Assembly (NCBI GenBank): GCA_965237735.1
Contig: CBDEFV010000007.1
Coordinates: forward strand, 143,305-207,304
DNA: 64,000 nucleotides
Direction: 5' to 3'
Source: Candidatus Porifericomitales bacterium
GTDB lineage: Bacteria > Pseudomonadota > Gammaproteobacteria > CBDEFV01
Shown here piece by piece: positions 58,757 to 64,000 of this stretch. Made by a program: the position numbers and the translations under genes. How positions within the stretch are numbered: position 1 is the stretch's first letter; every line of letters begins with the position of its first letter. The notes under the pieces are model-generated. The model made no database searches and had not been told where the DNA came from. It saw nothing but the letters and a program-made list of their open reading frames with translations.

Positions 58757-59292
58757 CGGATCTGTCCAGCCACCGTGTCGATCAAATGGTCCAATTTCAC
58801 CAATGGCCATTATTGCACAAGAAGTTGCTTGTCCTAGAGACTCCGTGTTGGGCGATTCCAGGGTTCGCAGTGCGCTTGTCTGGGCCTTGTAGGAATATAT
58901 CGGCGATGAGGCAGGAATGCCTCTTTTTAAAGATAAGAACCTGGAAGAAATAATTAAATGCATTGGGCATCGGTCTGCATGGCAGGAGCTGGGGGTCTTT
59001 CCGGTGGGGGAGCTGAAACAGATGTTTGACCGGGAATATATCGCCGGCGTTCGCCAGCGCTGCTGTTGCGCCCCTAAAGGGGCCGGGTTGTGCGAGCCTG
59101 GGGTCGGGTACGATGACACAGGAAATCCGGGGCGCCTGTTATAGTGGCTGGGGCACGGGAGTGTCGAAGGTCCAGCGGCCCGAAAGACAGGATGCGTCGC
59201 TTCAGGTTGGCTGCTGCCCCTGTGCAGTTTGAGCTCATTCATCCCTTCCGCAAGTCGCAAGCCAGAAATCATGAGATGAAAAAGATGCAGTC

Positions 59293-59967
59293 ATGGTCAT
59301 GAGCGCGGTCATCGGCGAGAAAGCGCCGAACTTCGGGGTCTCGGAGTGGGTGCAGGGAGCCCCGACGAACTTTGAGCAGGAGAGGGGGCGGATCGTGCTG
59401 CTGGAAGTGTTTCAGGTGAATTGTCCCGGGTGCTTTCTCTATGCGATTCCGGAAGCAATTGATATCCACCACAGGTAGGGGGACCGGGGCGTGCGGGTTT
59501 TGGGGCTGGCCACGGCTTTTGAGGACTTTGACAAGAATACGCTGGAGAATCTGAGGATGCTTGCAGAGACGGGGGAAGTTGTCGGCGAGACCCGGGAAGC
59601 ACTGTCGTCGTGCGGTCAGTTGCAGGATGGGAACAGGATTCCGTTCAGGATTCCGTTTCCGCTGGCGATGGACAACCTGACAAAGATCGCAGCGGAGGAG
59701 GTCAGCCAAGAAAAGATTATGGAGTTCATCTATTCGAAGATTCCGCAGTTTGACGCCCGGCCGGAGGAGTACAGGAACCAGATGATCGAGAGAGTGAGGA
59801 ACTACATGAAAGCGAGGGAGCACTCAGCCGAGACGTTTGAAAAGTTTTCCCTGCAGGGGACGCCGTCCATGATCCTGGTGGACCGAAAGGGAGTTCTCAG
59901 GGACGTCTCGTTCGGGCAGTCAGGCCGCCTGGAGGCAAAGATTGGGCAGTTGCTCGGCGAGGATTGA
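59293..59967 (+). pseudogene. Thioredoxin-fold redoxin (TlpA/AhpC-TSA-like) interrupted by an in-frame TAG at 59476-59478
   Basis: APNFGVSEWVQG..GRIVLLEVFQVNCPGCF (CxxC) then ..IDIHHR-TAG-GDRGVRVLGLATAFEDF continues in the same frame. ORFs 59293..59478 and 59491..59967 are both in frame 1. Confidence 0.6.
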
Positions 59968-60100
59968 GTTGCCTGATTCGCTAAGGCTGTGATCGACGTA
60001 GTTGTCGCTGCTTGCGTCCCCGTTGTTGCCGAGCATACAGAGCTGGACAGGGTTGAAGGGCTGCGCGATAGGCTCTGGCAGGCAAGGCGCCCACCCTCCT

Positions 60101-60235
60101 CAAAGGCTATAATAATAAAAACTGTCGAAATTCGGCACCCAATCCTTCCATCGACTGCCCATGCCTGTCTTGCCCCCCCCCACACACAGCCGCGTCCAAT
60201 CCGGGTGACAACAGACAGATCCAACGCCTTGGCCA
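60101..60235. repeat. Degenerate duplicate of the ubiG promoter and 5' coding region
   Basis: ggctataataataaaaactgtcgaaattcggcacccaatccttccatcgactgcccatgcc..gccgcgtccaatccgggtgacaa is about 65-70% identical to 61258-61380 (ggcttataattgaaaggtgccagaacccggcgcccaacccttcaccgactgctcatgccc..gccgcgtccgatccgggcgaaa). Confidence 0.6.
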
Positions 60236-60288
60236 GCCGATGTTGGGACTGGGGCGGCAACTGAATTTACATTCAGTCAATCAGGATA

Positions 60289-61158
60289 ATGGGATCTCTC
60301 AAGGACAAAACAAAGCGTTGGCTTCGCCAGTACCCCCCTTTACTAAGGTTTCATCGTCAAAGAGTGATCCCGCTTTTGAGGAGGTTGCCTGACTTTGTGA
60401 TCATCGGCGCGCAGAAATCCGGAACCACATCACTATATCGCTTTCTCGCCCAGCACCCCGAAGTTGCGCCCGCTTTTAAAAAGGAGAGCCATTACTTTAA
60501 CTGGCACTATGAAAAAGGCGAATGGTGGTATCGTTCTCATTTTCCGACTAAGGCGTCGGGGTATTTTTTTACCTTAAAATCGAGGCAAAAGCTTCTCACT
60601 GGAGAGACTTGCCCAAATTATCTTTTTTACCCTCAGGTTCCCGGCAGGATGAAAGAGATTTTGCCTGACGCCAAACTGATCGTGATTTTGCGCAACCCCG
60701 TTGATCACGCATATTCGAATTATCATATGCGATTGGAATACAGTCAAGAGTCACTGTCATTTGAGAAGGTAATTAAGTTGGAAGAAGCGCTGTGCGCGAA
60801 GGGGTGGGAGCAACTGTTCAAAGCTCCGGATTTCGTTATGACCGGCTACCGTCCTTATTCGTACCTCGCCCGGGGATTTTACTCTGATCAGTTGGAAAAC
60901 TGGTTCAGGTATTACGGACGGGAGAAGTTCCTGATTTTGGCCACAGAAGACTTTTGCGAAAATCGACAGCGAACCTTGGATCAGGTTTTTGATTTCCTCG
61001 GAGTGCGCCCCTTTCAAATAGAGAATCCACAGGATATCAACGTCAGAAATTACAGGGCGATGGACGAGGATACACGAAAATTCCTCATCGAGTACTTCAA
61101 GCCTCACAATGCACGGTTGTACAAGCTGCTGCAACGTGATTTTGATTGGGATCGGTAA
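60289..61158 (+). CDS. Sulfotransferase-family protein
   Basis: 5'-PSB motif VIIGAQKSGTTSLY (PAPS phosphate binding), and a 3'-PB-like region further on. Low GC. Confidence 0.75.
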   Translation: MGSLKDKTKRWLRQYPPLLRFHRQRVIPLLRRLPDFVIIGAQKSGTTSLYRFLAQHPEVAPAFKKESHYFNWHYEKGEWWYRSHFPTKASGYFFTLKSRQKLLTGETCPNYLFYPQVPGRMKEILPDAKLIVILRNPVDHAYSNYHMRLEYSQESLSFEKVIKLEEALCAKGWEQLFKAPDFVMTGYRPYSYLARGFYSDQLENWFRYYGREKFLILATEDFCENRQRTLDQVFDFLGVRPFQIENPQDINVRNYRAMDEDTRKFLIEYFKPHNARLYKLLQRDFDWDR

Positions 61159-61269
61159 GGCTGCAATCGGCGTGAGCATTCATGCCCCCGTTGCCGATGC
61201 GTCCGCACAGGCCGAGCGAGTCCGGGGCCAGGTACCTTCTCCAGTGGGCGGGTGTCTCAGGGCTTATAA

Positions 61270-62037
61270 TTGAAAGGTGCCAGAACCCGGCGCCCAACCC
61301 TTCACCGACTGCTCATGCCCGCCCCGCCTCCCTCTGCCGCGTCCGATCCGGGCGAAATCGACAAATTCAACGCCCGGTCCGATCAGTGGTGGGACCGCGA
61401 CGGCAGCTTTCGCGCCCTGCACCAGATCAACCCGTTGCGCCTCGCCTACATCGAGCGGAAACGGTCGCTGGCGGGGCTGGAGGTGGCCGATATCGGCTGC
61501 GGCGGCGGCATTCTGAGCGAGGCCATGGCCCGCGCCGGCGCCGCGGTAGTCGGCATTGATCTGGCCGCCGATGCGCTCGCCAGCGCCCGTGACCACGCCG
61601 ACAGGGAAAAGCTGCAGATCGAATACCTCGAAGTCGATGCGGCCGCATTCGCTGCCGAGCGCGAGGGGGCTTTCGATGTGGTCACCTGCATGGAAATGCT
61701 CGAACACGTGCCCGAGCCGCAGCGGATCGTCGAAGCCTGCGGCCGCCTGCTGCGACCCGGAGGCGATTTTTTCATGTCGACCCTGAACCGCACAGCCAAG
61801 TCCTGGCTCTTCGCCCTGGTCGGGGCCGAGTACGTGCTCGGCATCCTGCCCCGCGGCACCCACACCTTTTCGCGCTTTCTGCGCCCCTCGGAAGTCGAGG
61901 CCATGGCGCGGGACGCCGGCCTGCACCTTGAGGATATCAGCGGCCTCCACTTCGATGCCTTCGGCTCGCACCACCGCCTGATCCGCTCGCCGGAAGTGCA
62001 GTATCTGGGGCACTTTCGCCGACCGCTACAGCCGTGA
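61270..62037 (+). CDS. ubiG: Ubiquinone biosynthesis O-methyltransferase UbiG
   Basis: FNARSDQWWDRDGSFRALHQINPLRLAYI and SAM motif VADIGCGGGILSE match UbiG. Likely start ATG 61315. Confidence 0.8.
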   Translation: MKGARTRRPTLHRLLMPAPPPSAASDPGEIDKFNARSDQWWDRDGSFRALHQINPLRLAYIERKRSLAGLEVADIGCGGGILSEAMARAGAAVVGIDLAADALASARDHADREKLQIEYLEVDAAAFAAEREGAFDVVTCMEMLEHVPEPQRIVEACGRLLRPGGDFFMSTLNRTAKSWLFALVGAEYVLGILPRGTHTFSRFLRPSEVEAMARDAGLHLEDISGLHFDAFGSHHRLIRSPEVQYLGHFRRPLQP

Positions 62038-62702
62038 GCGGCGCCGCCATGCCGCCGCCGGCCGCGGTCTTTTTTGATTTCGACGGCACCCTGGCCGACA
62101 CCGCCATCGACATGGGCCGGGCCCTCAATCGGCTGCGCGCCGAGCATCAATCGGAATCCCTGCCCCTGGAGGCCGTGCGCCAGCGGGTCTCGCGCGGCGC
62201 CAAGGCCCTGGTCGAATTTGCTTTTCCGGCGGCGACCGGCGCCGGGTTCGAGCAGTTGCGCAAAGACTTTCTGCGCCTGTACAGCGACAACATGATGGAG
62301 CACACGACACTGTTTCCAGGCGTTGAATCCCTGTTGCGGGAGTTGGAAAAACGCCGCCTGCCCTGGGGCATCATCACCAACAAGCCGACCCGTTTCACCC
62401 TGCCGATCGCCTCGGCCCTCGGACTCGGCGGGCGGGCCGTCGCCGTGGTCTGCGGCGATTCGCTCGAATGGAACAAGCCCCGCCCCGAACCCCTGTGGCA
62501 TGCGGCGAGGGCGGCCGAAGCCGAGCCGGATCGGTGTTTTTACGTCGGCGACGACCCGCGCGACATGGAGGCGGCGCGGGCTGCCGGCATGGCGCCGATC
62601 GCCGCCCGCTACGGCTACCACTGCCCCTCTGCGCCCCTGCAGAAATGGGGCGCGGCGGCGATTATCGATCGGCCGGAGGACCTCCTGAACCTGCTCAGTT
62701 GA
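62034..62702 (+). CDS. gph: HAD-superfamily hydrolase (phosphoglycolate-phosphatase-like)
   Basis: HAD motif I AVFFDFDGTLADT. ubiG-gph adjacency is common in proteobacteria. Overlaps ubiG by 4 nt. Confidence 0.7.
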   Translation: MSGAAMPPPAAVFFDFDGTLADTAIDMGRALNRLRAEHQSESLPLEAVRQRVSRGAKALVEFAFPAATGAGFEQLRKDFLRLYSDNMMEHTTLFPGVESLLRELEKRRLPWGIITNKPTRFTLPIASALGLGGRAVAVVCGDSLEWNKPRPEPLWHAARAAEAEPDRCFYVGDDPRDMEAARAAGMAPIAARYGYHCPSAPLQKWGAAAIIDRPEDLLNLLS

Positions 62703-62771
62703 ATCTGATTCCCGGGAGGGGTTCTGCCGGGAAGCTTTTTGCCGATTACCGGCGAGCCTGGGGTCCAGGCC

Positions 62772-63674
62772 CTAGAGCGAGGCTCCGGGGGGCAGAGTCA
62801 ACACATCGAAGCCATCCTCGGCTACAGCGATGGTGTGCTCCCACTGGGCCGAGAGTTTGCCGTCGCGGGTGACCACCGTCCAGCCGTCGTCCAGCAGGCG
62901 CACCGAGGCGGTGCCGAGGTTGACCATGGGCTCGACGGTGAAAGTCATGCCGACCTCGAGGGCGGGACCGGGGTTGAGCCGGTCTTCGTAATTCAGCACC
63001 GAGGGCTCCTCATGAAAGGTGCGACCAATGCCGTGGCCGCCGTATTCGCGCACGACCGAGCAACCGCGCTCACGGGCGCGCTTTTCGATGGCGCGGCCGA
63101 TGTGACTCAGCGGAACGCCGGGCCGGACCGCGCGGATGCCGGCGGCCATGCACTCGTAAGCTACCTCGCAAACGCGGTGGGCGTTGCCGCCGGCCTTGCC
63201 AACCTTGAACATGCGGCTGGCGTCGCCATGCCAGCCGTCCTTGATGACAGTTACATCGACGTTGATGATGTCGCCCTCGCGCAGCTTGCGGCGATTGCTG
63301 GGAATGCCGTGGCAGACCTCGGCGTTGACCGAAGTGCAGACAGACTTGGGATAACCGCGGTAGTTCAGTGGGGCCGGGACCGAGCCGATCCCATCGACGA
63401 TGTAGGCATGGCACAGGCGGTCGATCTCGCCCGTGGTGACGCCGGGCTCAATAGCAGAGGCGATCATGTCGAGCGTCTGGGCCGCTTCGAGGCAGGCGGC
63501 GCGGATGGCGGCGACCTCATCCGGGCTTTTCAGCCTGATGGCCGGGATTCGGCGGCGGGCGAGGTTAATCACAGCGGTCGGGACGGAACCAGAGGCGGGG
63601 GGGAAAGAGCGCGAAAGCCACGGAAAGGAAGAGGGGCGGTGAAAGATTCGATTCAGGGAGAAGGAAATCGGCAC
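62772..63674 (-). CDS. map: Type I methionine aminopeptidase
   Basis: VCHGIP, D..D metal ligands, ..FTVEPM. A 300-aa ORF with a possible N-terminal extension; start uncertain. Confidence 0.8.
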   Translation of the reverse strand: MPISFSLNRIFHRPSSFPWLSRSFPPASGSVPTAVINLARRRIPAIRLKSPDEVAAIRAACLEAAQTLDMIASAIEPGVTTGEIDRLCHAYIVDGIGSVPAPLNYRGYPKSVCTSVNAEVCHGIPSNRRKLREGDIINVDVTVIKDGWHGDASRMFKVGKAGGNAHRVCEVAYECMAAGIRAVRPGVPLSHIGRAIEKRARERGCSVVREYGGHGIGRTFHEEPSVLNYEDRLNPGPALEVGMTFTVEPMVNLGTASVRLLDDGWTVVTRDGKLSAQWEHTIAVAEDGFDVLTLPPGASL

Positions 63675-63813
63675 TACCGGCCGGTGGCCCCCTCTCGGGC
63701 CCTGAGGCCATTAGTATAATAAACGAAACTTTCGCTGCCGGTTGCCAATGCTCCCTGAGCCGTTCCCGCCCCCTGATTAACCAACTCTCACTGCCTGTTC
63801 GTAGTCGCTAACA

Positions 63814-64000
63814 ATGGCCTACTGTACTTTTCGCCGGCGGGGCGCCGAAAACGGCAGCGCCGACGCCATCCACCGCCTCAGGCCGCTGGCCCATGCCCTG
63901 GCCGCTCGCGGCCTGGAGACGAACGCGGATCTCGAGTTGCCCCTGAGTTCGCTGCTGCCGCCCGCCGGCCTGCTGAATCTGGAGCAGGGCGCCGAGATCC
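63814..64000 (+). CDS. Hypothetical protein, 3' end outside the window
   Basis: ATG 63814 (MAYCTFRRRGAENGSADAIHRLRPLAHALAARGLETNADLELPLS..), open to the window edge. High GC, divergent from map. Confidence 0.4.
   Translation, partial: MAYCTFRRRGAENGSADAIHRLRPLAHALAARGLETNADLELPLSSLLPPAGLLNLEQGAEI

Noticed and set aside
37976-61260. Looked for integrase, transposase, IS inverted repeats or a tRNA-adjacent attachment site that would explain mobilisation of the low-GC island and the GT92 array.
   Set aside because: No tyrosine or serine recombinase or DDE transposase motifs were found. The tRNA cluster (28.3-28.6 kb) is 10 kb from the island and not at a composition boundary. Only the duplicated ubiG 5' segment marks an edge.

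Overview
This is a 64-kb stretch of a high-GC (~65%) genome, probably a deltaproteobacterium judged from its gene content. Coordinates are 1-based; gene identities come from motifs read by eye, not from database searches.

- **1-12.7 kb:** a tandem array of at least 10 paralogous ~370-aa genes on the + strand (the first is cut off at the window edge) whose central region looks like a GT92/DUF23 glycosyltransferase (GT-A fold). Most copies are preceded by a conserved leader of about 200 nt with recurring nucleotide motifs. The array is lower in GC (~50%) than the core genome.
- **12.9-20.8 kb:** two paralogous 1068-aa RND efflux permeases flanking a periplasmic adaptor gene (RND-MFP-RND).
- **20.8-23.3 kb:** a small membrane protein, a TPR protein, a YceH/DUF480 protein whose 3' end is tandemly duplicated, and a LigT/ThpR-like 2H phosphoesterase.
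- **23.3-27.4 kb:** an AT-rich glycosylation islet with a frameshifted GT6 glycosyltransferase, a LicD-like protein and one hypothetical.
- **27.8-35 kb:** core-genome genes: tRNA-His/Arg/Pro on the minus strand, a dihydroorotase-like gene, pyrB, pyrR, ruvX, yqgE, a DUF1244 protein and a frameshifted ilvA.
- **35-38 kb:** three tandem EamA transporter paralogs, the third frameshifted.
- **38-61.2 kb:** a lower-GC (~50%) island containing:
  - two TPR proteins;
  - a PLD-nuclease-SNF2 helicase fusion followed by a PglX/DrmMI-like N6-adenine methyltransferase;
  - a GNAT-fusion protein and an ASCH-domain protein;
  - a five-gene set: a PAPS-reductase-like PP-loop protein, then after a 210-nt gap a four-gene overlapping cluster (GHKL ATPase, two unknowns, and a DUF262-DUF1524 GmrSD/SspE-like nuclease). 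This is the best candidate for a novel modification-dependent defence system;
  - a redoxin gene interrupted by an in-frame TAG;
  - a sulfotransferase.
- **61.3-64 kb:** ubiG, a HAD phosphatase and map.

Several apparent frameshifts (ilvA, EamA-3, GT6, the methyltransferase N-terminus) suggest either pseudogenes or assembly indels.
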